A stretch of DNA of 63,119 nucleotides, filler included, from Octopus bimaculoides (GCF_001194135.2; 6 parts of 6 records of this genome joined end to end with filler, not necessarily neighbours in it); one strand, 5' to 3'; counted from the first letter of the whole stretch, positions 49,491 through 62,539 are shown. Program-made: numbers and translations. Notes: generated by a model not told the origin, from the sequence alone.

Positions 49491-49639
49491 TATTTAATTA
49501 CAAAAATACAACTATGTAGGAGATCTGAATAGCACTTTCTGATCTAAATGCTAAGTTGATAGCTCACCGTACTGTTGACATTTGACTGAGAAGTAAGCAC
49601 TATTCATCTCTGCAGTGATATCGTTCTTGGACTGGATTT

Positions 49640-49870
49640 ACAAAAACCACAGAGTGAAAAAATGATTTATCATTGCATATAGCTAGCAGTCTCTTGCCGG
49701 ATCATTGCGAATCACAGACATGTGTTAAATGTAAGCATAACAGGACGGATATTGTTGTTTGAGCCGGACAAGAAAAAGTACACATCGTCATAGATTCAGC
49801 TGTCCTGTCGATTCGAATATCTCTTTGAAAATCTAAGAGAAAGAAGATAACTAGAGACAACTGCTTTGAA
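49640..49870 (+). mobile_element. Possible R4/Dong endonuclease-domain fragment
   Basis: Remnant DIVV....KVHIVIDSAV resembles PDIVV...IIDxAVP. Confidence 0.4.
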
Positions 49871-50414
49871 ACCTCCAACTTCTATATCCGGATTAAATTT
49901 ACATTTATACCAATAATAAAAGGCGCACTTGGTTTTGAAAGTAAATGTTAGATATTTCAGAAAAAGAAATCACGCAATTGGTTCGCACATTGCAATACAA
50001 CCTGTAAGCAAAACATAAAACAATGTAAGACTTTTCTCAGGCTTAAAATGTGACATTGTTTTCGTTATCTACATTCCAATGACGGAGCTTTTAGAAACTA
50101 GCTCCTTCTTCAAAGGAAGAATTTAAATAATCAAAAGCAGAAAAGAGCATGCACACGTGCGCACACGCAGAGATATATGTATGTAGGTGCATACATTCAA
50201 ACGAGTGCAGCGTCAAAGTACTTTCTAGCAGAAACATCTGTAAGCTAATGAAGTTCATTACACAGCTTCTTATTCCCTTGTTAGTTATTTAATTCGTTAT
50301 ATATATATATATATGTATAAGGATAAGATCGATATTTGAATATCGATTTTATCAAGTGGCCAGCATGGCAATAAAAACCATCAAAGGTAACAGTTATTTA
50401 AAATTATAATTTTG

Positions 50415-50451
<37 letters not shown>

Positions 50452-50670
50452 AAGAAAGTTAGGGGTTGTGAATCCAACCCACTAAGGGATATGGAGTTAT
50501 ATAGATAGAATGAGGCATGTCACCGATAGACTGAAACAGCTGTCAATGTCCCATTTTCGGTCACTAGATATCCTTTTTAATTATTGATATGACATAATAT
50601 GTCGCATGTGTTCGTATGTTGTTATTATTGTCCTCTTAGTTAAGAAATAAACAGGTAAATTGACACAAGA

Positions 50671-50719
50671 CCACCAGGCCGTCCGGTTTCGGGCTATTGT
50701 TACCCATCTTCAGTGGTGG
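50671..50719 (-). ncRNA. Minimal type I hammerhead-like motif (copy 1 of an inverted pair)
   Basis: Minus strand CCACCA-CUGAAGA-U-GGG..CCC-GAAA-CCGGACGG-C-C-UGGUGG. 6-bp stem I and intact core; U16.1>C. Confidence 0.55.
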
Positions 50720-51106
50720 ACACCTGTCCGCTAGAGATAGCAGTAGCTCGCTCCACACACATGTACACACATATTCGAAACCATGATCTCTCAACCGCGA
50801 GCCCACTGCTCTAACCACTTGGGTATGTGCCTCCACCCCCACACACTCTTTTCCTCTTTTACTCTTCTATTGGTTTCAGCCAGAGCCTGAGTACCGCCTT
50901 TCAGTGTTTTGGTTCTCATTTATTATTGCTTTTAGTGAAGAAGAAAAGTAGCCGTACTCCTCAGTACAGTGACTACCTTCATCTCTTATAGAGATTTTCT
51001 AACTAGCTATTATGCTTGTTGCAACATCAGTGACTGATTCTCACTTACACTTATTTTATATTTTGCGAGCTGGAGCGAACTACTGTTATCTCTAACGGAC
51101 AGGTGT

Positions 51107-51155
51107 CCAGGACAGAGGATGTGCCAAAATAGTCCGAAACCGGCCGGTCTAGTGA
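51107..51155 (+). ncRNA. Minimal hammerhead-like motif (copy 2 of an inverted pair)
   Basis: CAGAGGA (U4>A), GAAA, perfect palindrome ACCGGCCGGU, GUC. Homologous to copy 1, including a 39-bp upstream flank. Confidence 0.5.
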
Positions 51156-51399
51156 TCCTGCCAAGTCGCTAGAAGATGTTATAGGTTCGCTCACCTGATT
51201 GCAATATTATATCGGGGGCAGATTGCATCGATAACCAGCTGAAGGAGGTGTCCTTTTAGGGATGAAAAATGGTAGTAACGTCGATTCGTACGAAACAGTG
51301 GCGATAAACATTACTTCTTAGTATGGTGGCTATTTTCATCTCTTATACAGATTTTCTAAATAGCTAATTTACTTGTTATATGCTACACATATTCATATA

Positions 51400-51499
51400 N
51401 NNNNNNNNNNNNNNNNNNNNNNNNNNNNNNNNNNNNNNNNNNNTTAATTAATTAANNNNNNNNNNNNNNNNNNNNNNNNNNNNNNNNNNNNNNNNNNNN
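51400..51499. other. Artificial scaffold linker N44-TTAATTAATTAA-N44
   Basis: Same fixed 100-bp structure. Confidence 0.95.
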
Positions 51500-51555
<56 letters not shown>

Positions 51556-51719
51556 TGTCTGTCTGTGTCTGTGTGTCTATGTCTGTGTGTCTGTGTCTGT
51601 GTGTCTGTGTCTGTGTGTGTGAGTGTGTGTGTATATGAGTGTCCTTGTGTGCATGTATGTATGTATGTATTTATGTATGCATGTAGGTATGTATGCATGT
51701 AGGTACGTATGCATGTATC

Positions 51720-51890
51720 AGTGATTGTCTTTGTGTCTCTGTGTGTCCTCTACTATTGCTTGAAAACCGGTATTGTTGTGTTTACGTGACCGTAACATTG
51801 CGGTTCAGCAACAGACCCCGATAGAATAAGTACCAGAATAAGCTCTGTGTTCGATTGACCCATTCGACTAGTTCTTCAAGTCGGTATATA
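51720..51890 (+). mobile_element. SINE family D 3' part
   Basis: ccggtattgttgtgtttacgt..cgtaac..gcggttc...gatagaataagtac after a (GT)n array. Confidence 0.65.
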
Positions 51891-51915
51891 AGATATATAT
51901 ATATACATATAAATA

Positions 51916-52236
51916 GGAGCATTTAGTCGGTTACGAAGACGAGGGTCCCGGCTGATATGATCGACGAAACAGCTTGCTCGTGAAATTAATATGCAAGTGG
52001 CTGAGCACTCCACAGACACGTGTACCCTTAACGTAATTCTCAGTGAGAGTTAGCGTGACACAGAGTGTGACAAGGCTGGCCCTTTGAAATACAGGTACTA
52101 CTCATTTTTGCCAGATGAGTGAACTGGAGCAACGTGAAATAAGTGTCTTGCTCAAGGACACAACGCGTCGCTGGGGATTGAACTCACGACCTTACGATCG
52201 TGAACCGAATGCCCTAAGCACTAAGCCACGCACCTT
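51916..52236 (-). mobile_element. tRNA-derived SINE, head C / tail B
   Basis: The 3' half matches family B (53600-53736); the 5' half matches head C (gcaacgtgaaat.aagtgt.ttgctcaag.acacaacgc). Confidence 0.85.
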
Positions 52237-52487
52237 CTATATATNNNNNNNNNNNNNNNNNNNNNNNNNNNNNNNNNNNNNNNNNNNNNNNNNNNNNNNN
52301 NNNNNNNNNNNNNNNNNNNNNNNNNNNNNNNNNNNNNNNNNNNNNNNNNNNNNNNNNNNNNNNNNNNNNNNNNNNNNNNNNNNNNNNNNNNNNNNNNNNN
52401 NNNNNNNNNNNNNNNNNNNNNNNNNNNNNNNNNNNNNNNNNNNNNNNNNNNNNNNNNNNNNNNNNNNNNNNNNNNNNNNNNNNNNNN

Positions 52488-52552
<65 letters not shown>

Positions 52553-53295
52553 TGTATATATATATATGTGTGTACACATATATATATGTATATAATATAC
52601 GTATATATATTTATATATATATATACACAAGCATTTACATATATATATATATATACACATATATAGACACATATTCACACATACATACACACATACATAC
52701 ACACATACATAAATACATTCATACACACATAAATACATACATACACACATAAATACATACATACACACATACAAGCACACACACATACATACATACATAC
52801 ACACACAAACACACACATACATACATACATACATACATACATACATACATACATGCATACATACTCAAAACAAGTACACAATCTTCCTCGTACTTTACCC
52901 TTCCACAATAAATGCATCAAGTCATGATCCTAAAAACATATAAGCTTTCTCTGACATCACCAACGCCGCCACCTTAGCTGTACGTATCCTGCGGATATCT
53001 CAAATACACACATACAAGCGGAAAGACACATGTCCGCGCGCGCGCGCGCACTTACTCACACATGCTTCGCACTCAGAGCTTCGGCTGATTTCCATTGTTT
53101 TGTAAAACATTTGTTTACACAGTTGATAACATTTTAAACACGTGGGGCTCCAAATGTTGCTGCTCTCGTTACTAGAGACAACGTTAACGCTTCGTACGGC
53201 GAATACACACGCACACACATTCATTTATGCATACATATATATTACGTGTAACTTATTATTATATGTGTATGTGTGTGTACATATATACACACGCT

Positions 53296-53332
<37 letters not shown>

Positions 53333-53382
53333 AACACACTCACAAATCTATATATGCATACATACATATACACATATATATA

Positions 53383-53736
53383 GTGTGGAGGCGCAATGGC
53401 CCAGTGGTTAGGGCAGTGGACTCGCGGTCGTAGGATCGCGGTTTCGATTCCAGACCGGGCGTTGTAAGTGTTTATTGAACGAAAACACCTAAAGTTCCAC
53501 GGGGCAACGGCAATGGGGTGCGTGGCGAACCCTGTTCTGCTCTTTCACCACAACTTTCACTCTTTCTTCCTGTTTCTGTTGTCAAACTCTGTGTCACGCG
53601 AAATCTCCCCGAGAACTACGTTAAGGGTACATGTGTCTGTGGAGTGCTCAGCCACTTGCACGTTAATTTCATGAGCAGGCTGTTCCGTTCATCGGATCAA
53701 CTGGAACCCTCGTCGTCGTAACCGACGGAATGCCAC
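53383..53736 (+). mobile_element. tRNA-derived SINE family B, full length
   Basis: A-box-like tggcccagtggttagggcag and B-box-like ggtttcgattcc; body and tail shared with 27034-27293. Confidence 0.9.
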
Positions 53737-53747
53737 GATATATGTAT

Positions 53748-53844
<97 letters not shown>

Positions 53845-53894
53845 ATGTGTATGCATGCATATGCATACATATCTATATGCATATATACACACAC

Positions 53895-53963
<69 letters not shown>

Positions 53964-53964
53964 T

Positions 53965-54022
<58 letters not shown>

Positions 54023-54504
54023 TAGACTTACTTATATATACAGATATATGTGTGCGCGTGTGTATGTATGCGTGTGTGTACGTACATATATATATATGTA
54101 TATGCATCTGTGTGTGTAATTTAGGTATTGTACAGATAAAGTAAAAATAGGGTGCTTGGTACAAAAAGTAATAATGGAGGTATAGCGTGGGATGACGTTA
54201 TGACGTGTTCATCATCTTCTGTCGAAATGTTGCAGAGAGTGAGCTCACCAAATGTCCTATTCAATAAATGTTTACGTCATATCTCATGTGACCTTTCTGC
54301 CAAAACTGGCTTCTTTGCTCGTTCTTCATTGTTGTTCTTACAGCACTCGTTACTGGTTTTTTTTTTTTTTACTTCGGTTTTGTTTTGTTGGTTTTTCTAT
54401 GTGATTGTTGTTCGTATTGTTCTTGTTCTTGTTAATGTTCTTATTAATGTTGTTTATTATTAAATGTGGTGTTTTTCTTGTTAATATTGCTGTCATTACG
54501 AGGA

Positions 54505-54812
54505 GGCGAGCAGGCAGAATCGTTAGCACACCGGGCGAAATGCTTAGCGGTATTTCGTCTGCCGCTACGTTCTGAGTTCAAATTCCGCCGAGGTCGACTT
54601 TGCCTTTCATCCTTTCGGGATCGATAAACTACGTACCAGTTACGCACTGGGGTCGATGTAATCGACTTAATCCGTTCGTCTGTTCTTGTTTGTTCCGTCT
54701 ATGTTTAGCCCCTTGTGGGCAATAACGAAATAGGTATTTCGGCCATCTTTACGTTCTGAGTTCAAATGCCATCGAGGTCGACTTTGCTTTTCATCCTTTC
54801 AGGATCGATAAA
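54505..54812 (+). mobile_element. SINE family A (tail type 1) plus an adjacent partial copy
   Basis: Full copy 54505-54732, followed directly by a second head/body fragment to about 54812. Confidence 0.9.
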
Positions 54813-55430
54813 ATAATCTACAAAATTGCTGATCTTTTGCCAAAAATTGAAATCAGTTTTGTTATCATTANNNNNNNNNNNNNNNNNNNNNNNNNNNNNN
54901 NNNNNNNNNNNNNNNNNNNNNNNNNNNNNNNNNNNNNNNNNNNNNNNNNNNNNNNNNNNNNNNNNNNNNNNNNNNNNNNNNNNNNNNNNNNNNNNNNNNN
55001 NNNNNNNNNNNNNNNNNNNNNNNNNNNNNNNNNNNNNNNNNNNNNNNNNNNNNNNNNNNNNNNNNNNNNNNNNNNNNNNNNNNNNNNNNNNNNNNNNNNN
55101 NNNNNNNNNNNNNNNNNNNNNNNNNNNNNNNNNNNNNNNNNNNNNNNNNNNNNNNNNNNNGGAGGAGGAGGAGGAGGAGGAGGAGGAGGAGGCTGTTGTT
55201 GTTGGTCAACCCAGGTTAAGCCGACACATAATGAAAGAGATCCAATGAGAACTACATTAACCTTTTCTCAATAAGTCAACGTCTGGTTATGGTAAATTTG
55301 GCTGTTATTTCAAGCAAGCCGAGTAACCACGTACAGGTTCCCTCGTTATAGTGCTGGTGGTAGAGGTATTAACGGAGTGAAGGTGATGTTGTGTAGCACC
55401 AAGTCATCCCTGGTCAAACAGTTATATCTA

Positions 55431-55648
55431 CGAAGGAGTGAGGAAAAATTCCTGGCCATGGGTTAAAGAAAATACAGTAGGAACAGTTAATTATGATTTT
55501 AGTCAACATATTCCTCTCTCAAGTTCACACACTTATTGTAGCGATCCTTCAGTTTTTCTCAGCCCTGTAAAAAGAACTCCGATGGTTGGGCTTCCAGCCA
55601 GGCCTCCCGCGATACCGTTAAAGCCAGGAACTTTTAAGCAACCCCTCG
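55431..55648. mobile_element. mariner-derived MITE (218 bp)
   Basis: Imperfect TIRs cgaaggagtgaggaaaaattcctggcc / aagccaggaacttttaagcaacccctcg with TA on both flanks; no ORF. Confidence 0.75.
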
Positions 55649-55755
55649 TACATGCAAATATTCTGCCGCAAGACGAGATGTAAACTACAAACCATACGAT
55701 GCTATATGTGTCTGCCTAACTGACGACTATACTGCATACTCCCACAAGAAACCCC

Positions 55756-56005
55756 GTGACTCCGTTACGACGATGAGTGCTCCAAGTGATCCGATCAACG
55801 GAACATCCTGCACGTGAAATTAACGTGTAAGTGACTTAGCACTCCACCGACACGCGTACCCTTAACATAGTTCTCAAGGAGATTCAGTGTAACACAAAAG
55901 TGGCAAGGTTGGCCCTTTGAAATACAGATACTTCTCATTTTTGCCAGCTGAGTGGACTGAAGCAACGGGAAATAAAGTGTCTTGCTCAAGAATACAACGC
56001 ACCGC
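55756..56005 (-). mobile_element. SINE, head C / tail B, 5'-truncated
   Basis: Homologous to 51916-52170. Confidence 0.8.
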
Positions 56006-57765
56006 CGACATGAATCGTATAAGTTACAATATGGCAGTCTGGGCATGCAGCACTTTCTCCATTGTCCAGTCTAATAATGCATACCCATAGATTCTGGCGT
56101 TGGCCTCAGTAGAGGCGAGCAAAGTGGATTCGGTTAGAATGCGACAATTACTGTCCCTCTCCACTCATAGTTAGCGGTGTCCATCGCAGTAAGATGTTTT
56201 GGTCTAGTGGGATTTTTTATTTTGTAGCAATTCCTTGTCTTTTGTCATATAATGGCAGGGATTCTGATGGTTGAAACTTTCTGTGATAACAAACTGTCAG
56301 TCGCATACCCGAGAAATATTTTACTTTTAGAATTTGTGTTTCGAGATATAAGTCGTCAGAAGGCTCTGTACATGACTTTAAGCAGCATCCGGTTCGGGAG
56401 CTCCAGAGTTTTGAGAAGTGTAGAAACACTATTGTTCCCAAGTCTACTCTAACCTGGAGTTCAGGGCCCCAGTTATGGTTTAATTGGCGTATTATGGTGG
56501 TGGAGGGGAATCTCCAATAACAAACCTTCACTATTTTGTAAGTTCTTAGGGAAAAAGAAAAGGCTAAGGAAGTCAAGCTCGACAGCAAATCGAGAATTGG
56601 AGTCCCTTGGGCGGTCCGGCGTCCTCTTTGACACAATCTGGCAACTCCAAGGTAAGTGGAGCTCTATTCGCATAGTAGGAGGTCACTCCAATGTAAAACC
56701 TACAGCTTGCTGGTCACCGCAACTGCCTTAGCCCGCTGAGTCACTATGTCAAACGCCGAAATCTAAAGTGTGGTATTGTACTGGACGTAGTGACTCTCAT
56801 TTTAAAACTGCTAATCGCAGGCAAGAAGAAAAGCCCTATAGTTTCAAGAATAAAGAATGGTTTACATATCCTCTTGAGAGCATACCTCTTTTCTTCATAA
56901 TCTTTGGACACGAAGAAACTGCCGTCATCAACAGTCTGAGAGTATAATCTATGTACAACATGTTAGGAAGTAGAGAGTGATGTTTGTACACCACCACTAC
57001 TGTTTCTTTCTGTTGGCAAAATGTGGCTTTTGTGAGTGGTCTACATATGTTTACATGACACTTTGCTTTTTGTATGTTTATTTATGTATTTATTTTGTGT
57101 TTGAGTTAAATGTAACTCCTTATAGTTTAGTCTTGTGTGCATGTTTGCAACGTGTGTATGTGTGAGAGGCGAAGGTAATGTTTATGTTGCTGAATAGTCT
57201 GGTTAATATTATTTATTATTCTCTGGTGTTGTTGGTAAGGAAGAAGACAGCAGGTTTCGTAGGTACAAATTTTATGTCTGTTATTGTGCAGCCAGATTTT
57301 TTTCTTAAGTGATTTATATAGCTGTAGAGTAGTTAAGCAACAGTGTCTAGAGAACGGCAGAAGGATACGAGTACGATGTAAAGCTTTATTCAGAGGGGGT
57401 TTGAAGATGATGTAGAAATAGATTCAAAACAGTGGATGACAGAACAGATCCCTGTGGTACTCCATTCGGGAACTGGCGGTGCCTTTTATAGTTTTTACTA
57501 TCTACTTGGTGTTACCATCATCAGCTGTGTCTTCTTGTTGTTGTTCATTTTATCTACAACAATTCTGTTTTACATTATTACTACTATTCTCCGCATTGTT
57601 GTTGTTGTTGTTATTGATCATAATATTTTTTATATTCTGTTGTGGTTAATTCAATTATATCAAATAAAACGCGAATGAACTGTTCGATTTTATATTTTAT
57701 TTTTAAATTTCACGGGGGTATGGTAGGAGTATTTCTTTGTTTTCTTCGATTTGTTTATGTATGTA

Positions 57766-57812
<47 letters not shown>

Positions 57813-58098
57813 TATATTGTTCGTTTATTCCTGTTATTTTTTAAATTTTCCTTGAAAAATATACAAAAATGCTTTTGGTCGTTCTTTTCATTAAATAGAA
57901 TTTCCTTTCGTTACATTGTATTAAATTGAAAATGTATTTATACTTACATGTACGTGAATGTGTATGCATGTGGGTTCATACCTATATATGTGTGTGTGTG
58001 TGTATGTCTGTGTGTATATAGATGTATAAATATATATGAGTTATACATGTGTGTATGGTATGTGTGTAAATATGTGTTTAAGTGTATTTATATGCATG

Positions 58099-58131
<33 letters not shown>

Positions 58132-58687
58132 ATTATTTGTGCGTATGTCTGTATGTGTGTGGATATGTATGTGTATGTACGCATATGGATATGCGTGTAT
58201 ATACATGCGTGAGTGTATGGGTATATGTGTGTTTATATATATATATATATACATATATATATCTTATTTGTGTATAAGCAACGGTTTGTTATAATTTTAT
58301 TATGTTCTTCAGTGTGTATCTTTCGATTTTAGCCTACACTGCTTGTAATAAACAGACGTAAATATCTTTTTTATACACTCAATTCTTACATGGGCAAAAA
58401 AAAACATAAGGACTGAAGTGTATACATTCACTCGCTGAAAAATCTCCAAGAAGAGTCTGTAGTCTAATAAAGACGACTCAAAACGTGTTACAAACAGTAC
58501 AATAGTTGGCATTCTACTTTGAAGATTAGTATGCTCAAACAATTTTACAGAAACCCATGAAAGTCGAAAAGATTTAAAGATTTCAAGAGGATTTAATTAT
58601 GAATATGAAATAGTTCTTAAAAGAAAAGGTTAAAAGAATTTTCATTAATCCTTACAATATCTTGCAACTTAATTGTACCAGCTGATA

Positions 58688-58737
<50 letters not shown>

Positions 58738-58837
58738 NNNNNNNNNNNNNNNNNNNNNNNNNNNNNNNNNNNNNNNNNNNNTTAATTAATTAANNNNNNN
58801 NNNNNNNNNNNNNNNNNNNNNNNNNNNNNNNNNNNNN
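58738..58837. other. Artificial scaffold linker N44-TTAATTAATTAA-N44
   Basis: Same fixed 100-bp structure. Confidence 0.95.
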
Positions 58838-59274
58838 ATATATATATATATACATGCATACATGCATATATACATACATAAGTATATATATAAATCACGA
58901 TGAACACACAAAGGTGATAAATAATTTACGGCTATCTTCTCATTAGCATTTTTTGACTGAGATAGTCTTTTAGAAGATTGTTCTCCCCATAAAACCTTAT
59001 ATATCTTTGTATATCTGTCTGTGTGCGTGTCCTTATTTTGTCTAAATATTAATCTAAATCAGTGTAAATATCTCAGAGGTATGGATAATACTCAACTGAA
59101 ATAACTGATTATTCAATAAACTGGGAGGAAAAAACACCTACGAAATTCTGGAGTTGAAATATGTCACTAAAATTGCTTGATTTCACTTGCCAGTAACTGA
59201 AATCCAAATACTGAAACCAGCAATTAAATAAAACTAGTATACCCACTATACTAGAAATAGCCCAAGTATTTTTC

Positions 59275-60125
59275 TCTCTCTCTCCTCCTCCTTCCTCCTC
59301 ACTCCTCCTTCCTCCTCACTCCTCCTTCCTCCTCACTCCTCCTTCCTCCTCACTCCTCCTTCCTCCTCACTCCTCCNNNNNNNNNNNNNNNNNNNNNNNN
59401 NNNNNNNNNNNNNNNNNNNNNNNNNNNNNNNNNNNNNNNNNNNNNNNNNNNNNNNNNNNNNNNNNNNNNNNNNNNNNNNNNNNNNNNNNNNNNNNNNNNN
59501 NNNNNNNNNNNNNNNNNNNNNNNNNNNNNNNNNNNNNNNNNNNNNNNNNNNNNNNNNNNNNNNNNNNNNNNNNNNNNNNNNNNNNNNNNNNNNNNNNNNN
59601 NNNNNNNNNNNNNNNNNNNNNNNNNNNNNNNNNNNNNNNNNNNNNNNNNNNNNNNNNNNNNNNNNNNNNNNNNNNNNNNNNNNNNNNNNNNNNNNNNNNN
59701 NNNNNNNNNNNNNNNNNNNNNNNNNNNNNNNNNNNNNNNNNNNNNNNNNNNNNNNNNNNNNNNNNNNNNNNNNNNNNNNNNNNNNNNNNNNNNNNNNNNN
59801 NNNNNNNNNNNNNNNNNNNNNNNNNNNNNNNNNNNNNNNNNNNNNNNNNNNNNNNNNNNNNNNNNNNNNNNNNNNNNNNNNNNNNNNNNNTCACTCTTTC
59901 TTCCTCCTCCTCACTCCTCCTTCCTCCTCCTCACTCCTCCTTCCTCCTCCTCACTCTTTCTTCCTCCTCCTCACTCTTTCTTCCTCCTCCTCACTCTTTC
60001 TTCCTCCTCCTCACTCTTTTGTCCTCCTCCTCACTCTTTCTTCCTCCTCCTCACTCATTCTTCCTCCTCCTCACTCTTTCTTCCTCCTCCTCACACTTTC
60101 TTCCTCCTCCCTCTCTCTCTCTCTT
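59275..60125. repeat. C/T-rich 18-20-bp minisatellite (cctcctcactcctccttc / ctcctcactctttcttcctc) spanning a gap
   Basis: Direct reading of tandem units on both sides of the N run. Confidence 0.9.
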
Positions 60126-60334
60126 AAGATGTGTGAGGTGAGATGGTTGTCTTCGTTCTCAGTAACTAATGTTACTAACTCGTGATGGCTGTTATGTGTA
60201 TGATGACATTGTCGTGGTGTGAACGTCCAGTTACGCAGAAACCGAAGTTAATAGGAGACCTCTCTGTGTTTCCTTGAACTGATACATATAAAAGCCAAAA
60301 GTCCCTAAAATCACATCTTACAAAAAGAAATGTA

Positions 60335-61545
60335 AGAGGGGGTACGGTACCCCAAAGTAACCGAAACGGTCTCTGTGGGACAACTCAGTTGTAGTTCAGG
60401 CTGCCGCCGCTAAGAGCTAGTTGAGGCTACCCTCTTGCATCAGTCTGCCGACCGGCGTCATCTTGTAAGGTCGTACTACCACATGGTGCATCTTAGTTTT
60501 GCAGTGATTCTCCCCTGTACGTCGATTTTTGCGTTGGTTGAAACGAAGGAACAGCGTGATTCCATGAAAATCTGTTTTCTGCTGGGTAAAACGGCGGCTG
60601 AAACAGTTGTCATGCTTCAGACAGCTTACAAGGTAACGCTGCTATGAGCAAAAACAAAATTTACGAGCGGTTTTTACGCTTTAGGAATGGTCACTTGTTG
60701 CTTGAAGACCAACCTCGTTCAGGGCGACTGTCGACCTCCCGAACGAATGAAAACATCACGAAAATTTGTGAACTGATCGTGGGGGCCGTCGCCGAAAAAG
60801 TGACGAACGTGTCCTGGAGCTCCTGCCAATGAATTTTGAGCGAGGAATTGCAAATGAAAAGGGTTGTAGCAAACTTTGTGCTTCACTTGCTACCGGAAAT
60901 CAAAATCAGTCACGAGTGTATTCGTGTCGTGAACTGAAAGAACAGTTGGAAGTTGATCCAAACCTTTTTTTGGTAGGTCATCACTGGTCAAGAAAGCTGG
61001 TGTTGCAGCTGCGACCCAGAAACGAAGCAGCAATCAAATCAATGGAAACATTCAATGTCAACCCCAAAAGCGCATGAAGTGAAGTCCAATGTCATGAAGA
61101 TGATGGTTTGTTTTATGGATGTGAAAGGAATTGTCCCCACAAATTTGTGGCAAAGTGGAGAGTGGTGGTTTCATCGCGACAATGAGCATGCACACACCGC
61201 CTCGAGTGTGAGACAGTTCTTTAACAAAAAATGGCATAACCCCCGCTTACTCACGCTCTCTATTCACCCGATGTTGCTCCCTGGGCTTTTTTGTTCCCCC
61301 GAATGAAAACAAACCCTTACAGGAAAACGTTTTGTAGATGTGGAAGAGGTGATGAAAAAAAAACAAAACAATAAACGACAGAGACGTTAAAAGACATAAC
61401 TCCGCAAGAGTTTCAGGACTGCTTCGAACAGTAGACAACGCTTCTGGACCGATGCATCGTTTCAAATAGAGAATACTTTGAAGGCGATGAAAGTGTAAAC
61501 ATGTAAAGCTGAGTGGATAAAATAATATTGCAAAATCCCAGTTTT
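60335..61545 (+). mobile_element. mariner-family transposon, decayed with internal deletions
   Basis: EQRDSMKICFLLGKTAAET; EDQPRSGRLSTS; WWFHRDNEHAHTA; YSPDVAP. Left TIR-like gagggggtac..cccaaagtaaccg; right TIR poorly preserved. Confidence 0.85.
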
Positions 61546-62539
61546 ACCGATATTATGATAGGATAGTATATAGGTCTGGTAGTTAAGTACTCATCTGGAG
61601 TGAAGCAACAACCCATCCATTTTCTTTTAACACTGTTCATAGCTGTTTCATGTAGAGTCGTCTCTTTCAGGTTCTGCTATGATCATTCTGTACGATCCAG
61701 CTTTCTGTTCTTGAATAACACATCTATCTTATCTTCTGTATCAGATGCTTTTAAAAGGCGGTGGCAGTAAGCGTGAAGGAGATTTATCAGCTACTTTGAA
61801 CGGTTTGAGGAAAGTGACTAAGTCTTTACAAGTTCATTCAACATGCTAGAACTACACCCAAATCTCTCTCAAATATCACCACACTGTTTTAAAAATAGAA
61901 GATGTTTGGAAAATATAATCATTATGCATTGTGGGTGTAAACAAATGAGTAGTCAAGGCTGCAACATTACAGGTTTGATTAATCAAGGATAACCTAGGAC
62001 TCAATTAGCATCACAAAAGCAAATAACAATAACTAATGACCAAAACTGAATTCTGTACACATGACGAGATGGTCCGAACAAATTGATTTGAGTTAGGTCA
62101 CATGTTGAACACATTCTCAGATTGATCACACACCAGTTGTCAACAGAATATAGAGCTAAAGTAATAATACAAGATAAAGAATTCAGTACAGAAACATGAC
62201 ATAATACGTCAGAAGCTGTTTGAACCTCTGGCCTACGAGGCCAGTTAACCAATACTTTACCCGCTCAACCAACTTCGCGCAAAGCTATGTCTAACGAGCA
62301 AACATGAGGAAATTACACATCGACATTCGTACGACAAATATTGATTTATTTTTTGTACAGACACAAGGTCAATTGTTCAAAGTAAGGCGAACAGTTGATT
62401 GAGCAGACACAAATATACTGCTGGCGCTTATTTTATCGAATCCAGAGAGATGTAAGGTGAGGCCGACCCCAATGGGAACTGAAATCGCCTATCTCTCTCT
62501 CCCTTCTTTTTCTGTGTCTTTCTTCTACATACACATTCA

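Noticed and set aside
53383-53460. tRNA gene (also the heads at 29660-29732, 41440-41523, 46505-46570, 54505-54590)
   Set aside because: A/B-box-like motifs are present, but there is no complete cloverleaf and each continues into a multi-copy SINE body.
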